DNA of 62,721 bases, the filler included, from Sanchytrium tribonematis (lineage: Eukaryota), in assembly GCA_018985235.1 (NCBI GenBank). It is 11 parts of 11 records of this genome, joined end to end, with 100 filler letters (N's around TTAATTAATTAA, not from the genome) between each part and the next. Parts side by side here need not be neighbours in the genome. Positions count along the whole stretch, not along the records: positions 3,974 to 27,203 come from JADGIG010000077.1; positions 27,304 to 31,162 come from JADGIG010000789.1; 9 more parts are not named here. One strand, given 5' to 3'. Both the position numbers and the translations under genes were made by a program. The notes beneath the pieces are model-generated. The model saw only the letters and a list, made by a program, of their open reading frames with translations, searched no databases and was not told where the DNA came from. This document shows positions 19,169-29,861 of this stretch, one piece after another; positions within the stretch are counted from its first letter, which is position 1, and each line of letters begins with the position of its first letter.

Positions 19169-19834
19169 ATGCAAGTCTTAGTTACTCTAAAAGCCAAAAA
19201 CCTATCCAGTTCGCGAGTAATAATGAAAGAAATTAGAAATATCAAAACAATGCTCGACAAATCAGAACAGGAAGCGAAGAAATCTTTAGAAGAATTTGAG
19301 AAATGGCAATCAGAGGCGAGCAAGTTGAAGATAGGCATATCAGATTTGATATATGGGGTTTGTGTTAGCGATATCATCAAAGAACTTCCTGATAAATTAG
19401 CTGAATTCTACAAAAATAATAGCTGGAAGTTTGATATACCAAAATCACTTAAATCAAAAGAGATAGATCTACAATGGCGCATTTTATATGGTTTCGATGG
19501 TTTGAAAAAGGCGCAGGTAGATTTCAATAACTATTTTAAAGATAACATGGACTCAATTAGATCATATCTGATTTTACTTCTTGATATAATAAAGAAGTAT
19601 AGTGAGCAAGAAGGTATTCCATTTAGCAAAATTTTAGTGGATGCTTTAGTATTAAAAAAAGAAAGAAACTTAGATTTGCATTTGAAGTTGGATGACAATG
19701 TTAAAGATGCTGTTGATGTTCTAAATAAGCTGGAAAATAGTACACTCAGAAACATTGCAACCTTAATTGACTCTACATGCTTTTTCGAAAAGTCTGGTGT
19801 TTTGAGTGGTTATTGGCTAGAATCGAACTCATGA
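19169..19834 (+). CDS. Hypothetical protein; 5' region appears frameshifted
   Basis: 221-aa ORF; frame open upstream to 19121, with coding-like sequence (MGSIFSSQE...) further upstream in other frames. Confidence 0.55.
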   Translation: MQVLVTLKAKNLSSSRVIMKEIRNIKTMLDKSEQEAKKSLEEFEKWQSEASKLKIGISDLIYGVCVSDIIKELPDKLAEFYKNNSWKFDIPKSLKSKEIDLQWRILYGFDGLKKAQVDFNNYFKDNMDSIRSYLILLLDIIKKYSEQEGIPFSKILVDALVLKKERNLDLHLKLDDNVKDAVDVLNKLENSTLRNIATLIDSTCFFEKSGVLSGYWLESNS

Positions 19835-19875
19835 TGAAATTAAGTTTGAAAAATTTATACTTGTCACGAATTTAT

Positions 19876-22800
19876 TCAAGGAATCTCAGATATCAGCTTA
19901 TTACATTCAGCACCAAATATATTTTTGATGACACTTTCCCTTGAACTTTCGGCTTGAAATTTGTACAATTCTTTAGTCGTGAAGGCAGAAAAATGTTTTA
20001 AGGTTTCATAACAGGACTCTATCACTGCTTTATCCTGATTTTTGTTGGAGGCGGTACCGCGTTTTATTCCATCGACGAATACTGTGCATTTGTAGGTGCC
20101 ATTGACATCTAATTCTGGAAATATTTCACATTTTGATTTTAACAAGCCTTTTTTGACCAAGTAATTTCTTAAAACGATCTGATGCGATCGGATGGACTCG
20201 GATTCGTCTACAAGCACTTTTATTATTACTTCTCCAAAAGTCTTCCAGAGATCAGAAAGACTTTCACCAGAGTCAATAAATACACCGCCACAAAAAGATT
20301 CAAATATATCTCCAAACAACTTTTTCGTATCATACTTTCTGCAAGTTGCTTCAAATGTGTCAACATCATACGGATCAATATTGTAAAACAACCTAAGAAC
20401 TTCTGAGTAATTAGAATCAACAAATTTAAATAGCCTTTTTTCAAAGCATGACCGGGAGAATGCAACATTTTCAACAAGTCTCTGTTTAAAATTAGACAAT
20501 TTTCCTGGCAAATACAATGGGAAATTGACATAACTATACAAGGCACAACAGAAATCAAGAGCAGCGTCTCCAAGATACTCTAAACGATCAAACGCTTTGC
20601 ATTTTCCAGTTTCAAGGTGAATAGTAGAGCATTCTTCGAAAACCTTGATGTTTTTAAATTTATAACGGATAATGTTTTCACATTGAGCTTGTTTTTCTCT
20701 CTTCTCCATGGTAAGTACTGGTTTTTGCTGATACCTAGGATAACTTAATGACTTTAATATCCCATGGGTGATTTCAAATTTTTCTAAAACTGACTGATAG
20801 CACAATCCAGCGTGCACCATAAATTTTAAAGTTTCCTGCTCCCCAGCTGTACAATAAATTGCACCTATTAATGATTCCACCAAGTCGGCTACACACTTGT
20901 TCGTTATAGACCGAACTCCGTCCCATCTTTCGTAAGTTGATATTTTTGACTCATTGACAACGTGAACTTTTGTAAATAGTTCTGGTTCCATGAAGTCAAG
21001 GCAGAAAAGCGCTTCATCCATTCGCTTAAATTTCATTCTTTCCGGCAAGCGAAAAGTTTTAGCAATGCGGAACAAATTTGAATTTCTGACTTGCTCTGTT
21101 CGTTTCTTAGATAAATCGCCTTCCGTATAGCTGTCTTCCCTGCGATACAAATCTAACCCCACTGCATATTTCAAAAACGCATCGCCTAGAAATTCCAGCC
21201 GTTCGTAATTTTGAAAGTCCATCGCTTCGGTGTGAGTAAGGGCTTGGACAATACGATCTAAATGTGGGAGGTTCAACTTGAATTCTTGCTGAATATCAAA
21301 TGCGTGAGTTATGGTTTCAAGTTTGTAGAAAATAGAAGGGATTAGGTTACTAATCTTCAGATAGGAGACAGAAAAAGGAAGTATAGTACACACTTCTGGA
21401 GGAATATATATTGTGTTTTGGTTTTTGGCTTTGGCTTCCACAACTGACTTTGGACTCTCGTGATTTTTCAATGTGTACGAGTTTTTTGTTCGAATAAGTG
21501 GAGAATTTTTATATTTCAAGTCATAGTCATGTTTTTTCTTGTAGTATGATTGGTAAGTATATTTTGGCATAATCTCACTCGCGCAAGTCAGATGAGTTTC
21601 TATACCCTCAATGAAGTAGCTTCTATTGAAAGAATTAATTGCAAGACTCTGTATGCATCGTTTAATTTTTCCACTAATTTCCGGATGGATTTTTAAAAAT
21701 TCTGATTGATTAAAATTTGTAGACTCCGCATTACATAATGCATGGTAAACCTTTTCGAATTCACCATCAACGATATTGCAATTACTAAAATCGGATCCAA
21801 TCTCACCGCTTCTCGCTATCATTTTTTCTAAAGCTGAATGGGCATTTATCTTAACAGAATTATCAAGAACTCTCTCCATCATTCCATAATCAATTAAAAA
21901 TTCTTTACAAATGGTGTCTCTTGAAATGTACTCTAATTTGTAGTTTTGGTCTTTTTCAAAATCTAAATGGCTAAATTTTGGTTCCAAATATTTTGCTGCA
22001 ATTTTCGCTTTTGAAACACACGGTAAAATACAAAGAGAAACATCATTCATAAAATTTAAGCTATTAATTTCGCGAACCCATTCGCTAAAGTTATTTCTCT
22101 GGATTCCTTTTTCCTTCTCGACCTCTTGAAAAATTAATTCAAGCCTTTTTCGGAGATCCATATGATTTTGTTTTCTTAAAGTTAAGTTCCAAAACTCTTT
22201 CTGGAAATCTTTCAGCATATTTTCATCCAGGTCTATGGGCAACATCTGATGAAACGATACTCGGCAGGGAATTTGTTGATTAATCCAAATGAGACTTTCA
22301 GGAATTGTGCCTTCCAAAGGTTTTGCAGTTAGAAAGCAAAAACTTCTTAGGTAATCACCTGGGATATGTTGCAAATATTCCAAGGCCTCTGGCCCAAATG
22401 ATACTGCAATCGGATAGTAGTGATTATCATAATCTCCTTTAAAATAAGACGATGTTGAACGCTTATAATCATTTAATGTATCGTGATTCATTAATTTGTC
22501 TTCTGAATTTTTTCCGTAATCTTCTCCTGTTGCAATTACTTTGATTGGTTCTACATTGGAAACTGATTTGAATCTGGTGCTAGTAAGAAGTTTGTTTAGC
22601 TTCGAGTCTCCTCCGCCTTGTGAACCAACAGGTAAAAGATTTTTGTCTAATCCATTAAGACTATAAAGTCTTTTTATTGCCATTAGTGCCGCCGCATGCT
22701 TGGCAGCTTTCATGGTGAATCTCGGAGGTCCAATAATAGTTTCATTTTTAAAGTGTGTTATCACATTGGGAAATGATATTTCATATGCGAACTCATGGTA

Positions 22801-24993
22801 AATTACAGTATCACTTTCTCTAGGCTGTTTACCAGGAACAACTTCTGGAAAAGGCCCAAAAATATTCAAATCTCCAGAAACCTCCCGATAGTAATCATCG
22901 AGATTATCATCCCGGATATTTTGTGCTGCGTTTTTCCAACTTGGAGGCAACTCTAGATGAATTGTGTGATTTGGTGGCGATTTTTCCATTATTCTTCGTG
23001 CTTGTACATTTCTTCTAAATAGATACTTTTCTACTGTCTTAGTTGGCATCCTTCCTTGAGCAATTATCAGCTTCAACGTTGGCTTTCTGTTTTCTTTAGA
23101 AATACTTGTAGACCAATCCTGCTTGAGCAAATAGGTTTCAAGATTTCTCATAGCCTCACTGAGGTTTATTTGAGACAATCCCACTCGGAACGGCGCATCT
23201 GACTCAATGTGTTCATTGGAAGATGCTTCTTGATAAAGCCGCTCGTCTCTTTCGACTTCATCATCATTTTGAATTTCGTGCTGCTTTCCTCTTATTGTAC
23301 TGGTTTGAAAATATTCTTCAATATTGCGAGCCGCAAAGTTTTCTATCGATTGCTTGTCACCGTCCTCAAGGAAAATAATATATTCAGAATTTTTCTTTCT
23401 AGCTCTCCCTCTGGTCTGGATCATTTCCTTGCTAGTTTTCGGAACTTCAAACATAAAAACAATATTGCAGGAAGATATATCTATGCCTTCTTCGGAAACA
23501 TCGGTAGTAACCAAAAGGTTGTATTTCCCGGAGTTAAAATTACTAGTGATAGCTTCCTTGACATTAGGTCCTAATTCAGCATGCAAAAAATAAGGCTTGA
23601 CGGAATAAGGGACAATCTCAGTATGTGCTGCCTCATGGAGAAAAGATGCAAGGGTCGTTACCATTGCCTTATTGTTAATAAATATCAAACTTTTAACTTC
23701 ATCTGAAGAATCGTAAAGCCTATTTAAGTGAATTAAAAGATTAATAAGCTTCGAAGATATAAAAAGAATCGGTTCCACATCAGCACTATCAGGTGAAATT
23801 AAGTCATTCTTTGACCGAATCGAGGAGGTTGAGCCAATTAATTTGTTATAATGCATCAGACCTTTCAACTCTCCACTATCGAAAAAGCAATATTCCAAAT
23901 ATCTTCCAGCCAGCCAAGGTCCTAGTGAATTGTTGATATAATCTCCATTTCTAATCATTCGTTTAAATCCTTCTGATTCTTTATTTTTGGAATAATTTTG
24001 TTTTAGGTATAATTTTTGTCGATAGTACATAAAATGGCGATAGACTATGCAAGAAACTTTCTCGAATTCATCCCTGTTCTCCATTATAATTTTGGTTTCT
24101 TTAATATCATATTTTGGGTAAAACCTTGAAAAAAACAAAACTTTAGTCTTTGCCCTTGTCAAATATGCATCAATCATCTCTGGTGGAACCGTAGAGATTT
24201 TGCTCATCATAATTGATTCTAGTTCGTAAATGTCTTGATGAAGTTTTATATCGCTTTGGCTTTTAGATGCCAGTGGAGACGCAGTCATTCCAAAAACTCT
24301 TGGTCTACAAATAGGTTCCGTAGCTTTGTAGTAGTCGAGCATAATCCGCTTATAAACATGGTCTCCTGAGCAGTGGTGAGCTTCATCCAAAATTAACAAA
24401 GATATATTTGTCATTCTAATAAATCCCGTCTGTAAAAGATTCATTAAAATTTGAGGCGTCATTACAATAGCCTGAGTCTCTGAAAATGTTCTGTGCCATA
24501 AAATTCCATCCTCGGTGTCGGAAAATTTATCATGCTTAGTTTGACCTTGAAATTCTTTGACAACTAATTCTGCGTTATGCTGCAATTGAATCGTTTGCTG
24601 TTTAACGAGGGTAGTAGTGGGAACTAGAAAAATTACTTTCTTGTTTAATGTAGGAAGCATATTAAAAATTTCACTTTTGTCTTTCACTCTACCACTTTTG
24701 ATTTCTGTGACAATATCATCATATACCTTCTTCGGAAACAAATCCAGTGGTTCAGAGTACTCTTTTGCAAGAAGACAGGCAATTAAGGTTTTACCTGTTC
24801 CAGTTTCTAAAAAGGCAATTATATTCTCTTTACAAGCTTTTCGAAATAATAATTGTTGGTATGGTCTTGGATGTTGCACAATATTGGAGGTATTAATAAT
24901 TTCATTAGAAGATTGGTCAGCATTACTAGCTATCGATGGATCGTGGACTTGCATAAAATTATCAATGATAGCATCATCAACTTCCATCTCCAT
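19876..24993 (-). CDS. DCL: Dicer-like RNase III (DExD/H helicase, dsRBD-like dimerisation domain, PAZ, two RNase III, dsRBD)
   Basis: ETGTGKT, DEAHH, GMTASP, EEGIDI, QTRGRAR; PAZ-like TYQSYYKKKH...IPPEVC; NYERLEFLGD/ADLVES and DRLEYLGD/GDIFES; start taken at MEMEVDD. Confidence 0.95.
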   Translation of the reverse strand: MEMEVDDAIIDNFMQVHDPSIASNADQSSNEIINTSNIVQHPRPYQQLLFRKACKENIIAFLETGTGKTLIACLLAKEYSEPLDLFPKKVYDDIVTEIKSGRVKDKSEIFNMLPTLNKKVIFLVPTTTLVKQQTIQLQHNAELVVKEFQGQTKHDKFSDTEDGILWHRTFSETQAIVMTPQILMNLLQTGFIRMTNISLLILDEAHHCSGDHVYKRIMLDYYKATEPICRPRVFGMTASPLASKSQSDIKLHQDIYELESIMMSKISTVPPEMIDAYLTRAKTKVLFFSRFYPKYDIKETKIIMENRDEFEKVSCIVYRHFMYYRQKLYLKQNYSKNKESEGFKRMIRNGDYINNSLGPWLAGRYLEYCFFDSGELKGLMHYNKLIGSTSSIRSKNDLISPDSADVEPILFISSKLINLLIHLNRLYDSSDEVKSLIFINNKAMVTTLASFLHEAAHTEIVPYSVKPYFLHAELGPNVKEAITSNFNSGKYNLLVTTDVSEEGIDISSCNIVFMFEVPKTSKEMIQTRGRARKKNSEYIIFLEDGDKQSIENFAARNIEEYFQTSTIRGKQHEIQNDDEVERDERLYQEASSNEHIESDAPFRVGLSQINLSEAMRNLETYLLKQDWSTSISKENRKPTLKLIIAQGRMPTKTVEKYLFRRNVQARRIMEKSPPNHTIHLELPPSWKNAAQNIRDDNLDDYYREVSGDLNIFGPFPEVVPGKQPRESDTVIYHEFAYEISFPNVITHFKNETIIGPPRFTMKAAKHAAALMAIKRLYSLNGLDKNLLPVGSQGGGDSKLNKLLTSTRFKSVSNVEPIKVIATGEDYGKNSEDKLMNHDTLNDYKRSTSSYFKGDYDNHYYPIAVSFGPEALEYLQHIPGDYLRSFCFLTAKPLEGTIPESLIWINQQIPCRVSFHQMLPIDLDENMLKDFQKEFWNLTLRKQNHMDLRKRLELIFQEVEKEKGIQRNNFSEWVREINSLNFMNDVSLCILPCVSKAKIAAKYLEPKFSHLDFEKDQNYKLEYISRDTICKEFLIDYGMMERVLDNSVKINAHSALEKMIARSGEIGSDFSNCNIVDGEFEKVYHALCNAESTNFNQSEFLKIHPEISGKIKRCIQSLAINSFNRSYFIEGIETHLTCASEIMPKYTYQSYYKKKHDYDLKYKNSPLIRTKNSYTLKNHESPKSVVEAKAKNQNTIYIPPEVCTILPFSVSYLKISNLIPSIFYKLETITHAFDIQQEFKLNLPHLDRIVQALTHTEAMDFQNYERLEFLGDAFLKYAVGLDLYRREDSYTEGDLSKKRTEQVRNSNLFRIAKTFRLPERMKFKRMDEALFCLDFMEPELFTKVHVVNESKISTYERWDGVRSITNKCVADLVESLIGAIYCTAGEQETLKFMVHAGLCYQSVLEKFEITHGILKSLSYPRYQQKPVLTMEKREKQAQCENIIRYKFKNIKVFEECSTIHLETGKCKAFDRLEYLGDAALDFCCALYSYVNFPLYLPGKLSNFKQRLVENVAFSRSCFEKRLFKFVDSNYSEVLRLFYNIDPYDVDTFEATCRKYDTKKLFGDIFESFCGGVFIDSGESLSDLWKTFGEVIIKVLVDESESIRSHQIVLRNYLVKKGLLKSKCEIFPELDVNGTYKCTVFVDGIKRGTASNKNQDKAVIESCYETLKHFSAFTTKELYKFQAESSRESVIKNIFGAECNKLISEIP

Positions 24994-25122
24994 TGTATGA
25001 AGGGAAAATGATTTTATTTCCACTTCAAATATGATCCAGAATATAGCGTATTTGTCCGTCTTCTTCGTACTCTTTTTAGAATTTAGATTTATCTGTCTTG
25101 AATTTAAAGTTTTTAGGATACC

Positions 25123-27156
25123 ATGAAACATCTTAATAGACTGGCTTCGTCCACCTCGCCATATTTATTGCAACATAAACACGATTTAATTGACTGGTAT
25201 CCGTGGGGTACAGATGCTTTACATGCAGCACAGCAACATCACACGCCAATCTTCTTGTCGATTGGATATTCCAGTTGTCATTGGTGTCATGTGCAGCACC
25301 ACCTTAGTTTTCAAAACGAAAGCGTTATAGAGCTACTCAACAAACATTTTATTTGCATCAAAGTTGATAAGGAACAAAGACCCGATATTGATTCGATGTT
25401 CATGGACCTGGTTGTTGGGTTAACGGGATCTGGTGGACATCCCATGAGTATTTTCACGACTCCAGATTTGAAGCCAATCTATGGTGGCACTTATTATCCT
25501 CCTGAAGTGTTTAAGTCAATATTAAGGCAAATATTGACTCAGTGGAAAAACAATAGGGAAGATGTCGTCGAGTCTGCCAAAAAAATGTATCAATCTTTGT
25601 CTTCTGGCAACGATTATTCTAAAATAAGTGTACCAGAACAAAATGAAACGCCTCAACGACTAATACAACATTATATGAAAAGATTTGATACCGAATTTGG
25701 TGGATTTTCTAAGGAACCTAAGTTCCCAAGTGTTCCACAACTTCTGACACTTTACAAGGTATGTTTAGGTGCAATTTCTGGAATTTCGGATCCACAAAAA
25801 GCGGCGTCGTGGTCAATGCTGAGTAAGACATTGACTTGCATGAGGAATGGAGGTATTTATGACCAGCTTGAGTCGGGATTTCATCGTTATTCTGTAGATA
25901 GAAGTTGGCTGGTACCTCATTTTGAAAAAATGCTTTATGACCAAAGCCAGCTTTTGGATATCTATGCAAAAGCTACAGCTTTGGCAGTTCGTAGGAATGA
26001 CAAGCGTGCTGATTTATTTCAAAATACAATTTACAACGTTTTCGAATATCTCAATATTCGGATGAAGAGCGAAATGGGGGGTTATTTTACTGCCGAGGAC
26101 GCAGACTCTATGCCATTGAACGGTGAAAGAAACGTAGAGGGTGCCTTTTGTGTTTGGTCGGAGGATGAATTAGAGAGTATCTTGAACGATAGCCAATTTA
26201 AAGTAATTAAATATTACTATGGCATTGAGTCTAGCGGGAACGTGCCTAAGCAATATGATCACCAAGACGAATTAAAACACAAGAACATTTTGATGGTTTG
26301 TCATTCAATTGAAGAAATTGAGGAAAAATTTGGAATGGGTAGGGAAGAAGTTTTAAAGGTTTTGAAAAAATGCAAAGACATTATGTATAAATATAGAACT
26401 ACGCGACCACGACCTTTTAGAGATGAGAAGATTGTGACTTGTTGGAACGCAATGCTTGTCTGGGGATTCTTATCTTGTTATAAAACCACGAGCGACGCAA
26501 TTTTCAAGCAACACGCTATAGACTTATTAGATTTTATTCTTTTGAAGTTGAAACTTCCAGATTGCTACAAGCTTTGGAGAGACTATAAACACGATGAAAA
26601 CCCTTCTACAATGGGGTTCGCTTATGACTATGCTTGCGTAATCAAAGCACTTTTAGAATTTTATTATTTGGAGGGCGATCTTAAATATCTAAACTTGGCT
26701 CTTGAATTTCAATCTCAACAGGACGCTCTTTTTTGGGATCAGGATGAAGGAGATTATTTTACTTCAACTGAAGATCCTTACATTATCAGAGGTAAAGACG
26801 TCCAAGACGGTGCGGAGCCTTCGACACAGACAATTTCACTTGAAAATTTACTTTCCTTGTCAATGGCGACTTCTCGAGAAGAGTTTCTTGAAAAGGCCGA
26901 TAGAATGACTAAAATTTATCTCGGGGTCATCTCTCAAGCACCACACGCTGTGATTGGATTATCCGGGGTGATTTTAACACAATTTAGAAAAATCACAATC
27001 AACAAAAAGGACTATCACAAAATATCCGAAATTCTAAGAGATTCTGTGTATCCCACAATTCTTTCATTTGAAGACAAACTAGATGGAAACTTTATCGAAT
27101 GCTTAGGAGAAACTTGCTTTGACAAAAAACCTATTACCGATTTTCAAAAGATGTAA
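25123..27156 (+). CDS. SPATA20: SPATA20/YyaL-like thioredoxin plus six-hairpin glycosidase-like protein
   Basis: NRLASSTSPYLLQH, SIGYSSCHWCHV, GFHRYSVD, PHFEKMLYDQ, DGAEPS. Confidence 0.93.
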   Translation: MKHLNRLASSTSPYLLQHKHDLIDWYPWGTDALHAAQQHHTPIFLSIGYSSCHWCHVQHHLSFQNESVIELLNKHFICIKVDKEQRPDIDSMFMDLVVGLTGSGGHPMSIFTTPDLKPIYGGTYYPPEVFKSILRQILTQWKNNREDVVESAKKMYQSLSSGNDYSKISVPEQNETPQRLIQHYMKRFDTEFGGFSKEPKFPSVPQLLTLYKVCLGAISGISDPQKAASWSMLSKTLTCMRNGGIYDQLESGFHRYSVDRSWLVPHFEKMLYDQSQLLDIYAKATALAVRRNDKRADLFQNTIYNVFEYLNIRMKSEMGGYFTAEDADSMPLNGERNVEGAFCVWSEDELESILNDSQFKVIKYYYGIESSGNVPKQYDHQDELKHKNILMVCHSIEEIEEKFGMGREEVLKVLKKCKDIMYKYRTTRPRPFRDEKIVTCWNAMLVWGFLSCYKTTSDAIFKQHAIDLLDFILLKLKLPDCYKLWRDYKHDENPSTMGFAYDYACVIKALLEFYYLEGDLKYLNLALEFQSQQDALFWDQDEGDYFTSTEDPYIIRGKDVQDGAEPSTQTISLENLLSLSMATSREEFLEKADRMTKIYLGVISQAPHAVIGLSGVILTQFRKITINKKDYHKISEILRDSVYPTILSFEDKLDGNFIECLGETCFDKKPITDFQKM

Positions 27157-27203
27157 ATTGTGGCTCAATAAACCTTCAAAATTTATGAAATTTTTCAATT
27201 TTC

Positions 27204-27303
27204 NNNNNNNNNNNNNNNNNNNNNNNNNNNNNNNNNNNNNNNNNNNNTTAATTAATTAANNNNNNNNNNNNNNNNNNNNNNNNNNNNNNNNNNNNNNNNN
27301 NNN
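27204..27303. other. Artificial contig linker
   Basis: N44-TTAATTAATTAA-N44. Confidence 0.98.
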
Positions 27304-28156
27304 GTTTTTCCTTGATTATGGCCCAGACATGTTCAATTGGGTTCATGTCCGGTGACTGGGCCGGCCATTCCACCAACTGAATGTCTTTCCGTGCCAAATA
27401 ATCCATCACTTTTTTTGCCTTGTGAGGCCTCGCATTATCCTGCATAAACACCAATGGTGTTCTGATGCTTGTAGCTCCGGTTCTACAGTGTCCTTGATAA
27501 TATCCAAATACGAATTCTGGTTAATTCGCCCTTCAACCACTCGAAGTGGACCAAATTCGTAAAATGAAAAACAGCCCCAAAACATGACACTAAATCCACC
27601 TTGCTGTTTTAACGGAATTGTTGGCCTGTATAGTTTCTTTACACTTGAATGTACTTTTATCTGTATTTGCCGTCGAGTTGGGAATGTTGTAACTGATGTT
27701 TCGTCGGACCATAAAATATTTCTCAAATATTCAATTTCATTTAAGTACTTTCTAGCAAATTTTAACCTCTTTAATTTATTTCTAGCACTTAATACAGGTC
27801 TTTTATAGGCCTTGACGGTAATAATTCCGTTGTCATCTGCGTATTTTTTGAGCCAGGAGTGACAAATTGAGATTTTGAATTCGTCAAATATATAGCCTGA
27901 AAGTCTTCTATAACTTAATCTTGGGTTTGCTAAGAGTTGTTGTTTAATAAATACCCCTATTGGACCAGTTATTTTGCTGTTTTTATGGATATTTGGCTTG
28001 GGTGGCAATCCTTTTATTCCTCTTAAAATTCTGATAAAATTTTCGACAGGTCTCCCAATTGACATTCTGTGCTATACCGATGGGTTTCCACTCCCAACAT
28101 TCCTCTTCGTTCAATCGGATGACCTCTTTTTGCTTCTCAGATGTCAATTTTGTCAT
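27304..28156 (-). mobile_element. Tc1-family (DD34E) transposase, frameshifted and 3'-truncated
   Basis: ILWSDET, VMFWGCF, FMQDNARPH, WPAQSPDMNPIEHVW with 34 residues between D and E; about three frameshifts (near 28125, 28020, 27455); ATG at 28156. Confidence 0.9.
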
Positions 28157-28169
28157 GTTTAAAGGGGTG

Positions 28170-28650
28170 GGAAAATATTACTTTACAAACAATACTTATC
28201 TCGCAAAACATGAAAGATTAGGTGTAGGTTTTATTGCAGCTTATTATGAATCTTTAGCAAATGTTTGCATTACTGAGATTGTTAGCAAATCGAAGCAGTT
28301 TGAAGCTGATGAATTAGGCGAATATAACGGTAGCTTTATAAAATGGTATCCAAATAATACGTCATGTTAATCTGTATAATTTTGATCCTGATGCAGAACG
28401 TGCTACTTTAAGAACCAGAACTTCTGTTGATCCATTGACAAAGACAAGAAGTGAATGTGAAGCGCGAATATATAAAATTTTAGATAGAGCTTCTCCAAGT
28501 GAACTGACTGATAAAGTTTGTGTATTTTGTAACGTTGAAATGTTATCGACCCAAAAACATGTCTGTGATAAATGTCTTCAACTTGTACATGGATTTACTA
28601 TTGGATGTATGAATAGAAGTAATATCTGTTTAAATTGTACCAATGAATAA
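28170..28650 (+). pseudogene. Decayed ORF fragment ending in a Cys/His zinc-finger (PHD-like), probably transposon-derived
   Basis: CVFC...HVCDKC..LVH..GC...ICLNC; upstream frame broken by a stop; lies between Tc1 and Helitron remnants. Confidence 0.4.
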
Positions 28651-29861
28651 ATTAATTTATTCTTAAATTCTTAGAAGCGTTCTAAGAATAGGACCCCTGA
28701 TATAACGGTATCACCTAATAATACGGTAATCAATTTTAAAAATGGTGAATAGAACGGTACCGTGCTAACCGGCATATTACGAAACTTGCTATGACGGAGG
28801 CCAACAAAATATAAAATTTTGAATCTGAAAGTAAAAGGTTAATTAATGAAAGTAAAAGTGTAAATAATAAATTAGATTTAGGTTTCGAAACAAATACTCA
28901 GGATTGTAAGAAAATAAGTGTATTACCTTTGACTAATGCTGAACAATTAAGCAAAGAGCCGGCTAAAAATTCATTTGATTTTGCAATAAACGAGCAATCT
29001 ACAAAAAGTAAACATAGGCAAAATATTTTTCAATATATCAAAGATATTTCAGAGGATTCAAAAAAGGGAATGAATCCGCAGCAGTTTGAATATCATTGTA
29101 ATACCTGTGGAGCAATACGTAAAAGATCTGCTCTTAGTTTTAGGTCGGCTACAAAAAAATTGACAAAAATCTACAAAAGCTTATATGTAAAAACAAAAAA
29201 TGTATAACACTATAAATGTGGCATACCCAGCAGATTAACCCAAAAAGTTAAAGCAATTGAGCAAAAGGTGGAGGAGATGATGGTTCCTGAATTTAATTTT
29301 TCCCCAGAACATCTCTCTGATTTCTCCAAAACAATTTATTCCAATAAGGCCGAAATTGTTCTTGCAGAAATTCAATATCTTTTCAAACGAGTGGAAAAAG
29401 GCCATATGAAACATTAAACGTAAATCATTTAAAAGATATCAGATTTAAACGAATAGTTTAGAAATGGAGTTGCCACATATCAAGCATTGAGTGATACAAG
29501 ATATGAGAAGTCATTAAACGAAAAAAGTTGGCAGCCATTGGAGAATGTCCTAGACTGCATGGCGTTTGATGAACTTTTGGAACACGCGTTCATCTCACCC
29601 TTTAAAGCCCTTAATTGTTGATGAGGCAGATCATGAAGAAATGGGGATGTAATGACCCAAAGGCATTAGAAGACCCAAGTATGGGCAAGTTATGAGTTAG
29701 ACCCAAGGAGTGGGTCTATTGGAGTTGGCAAGTAGAGTGAGTCCTTGCCCAGTAGTTAGAAAGAGATGATCCCTCAATAATCAGTTTACTGATCTTAAAC
29801 ACCCACCAACGTTAAAAAGGATTTAGTTGAGCCCAGCAAATACAATCCAGGTAGAATTAAG

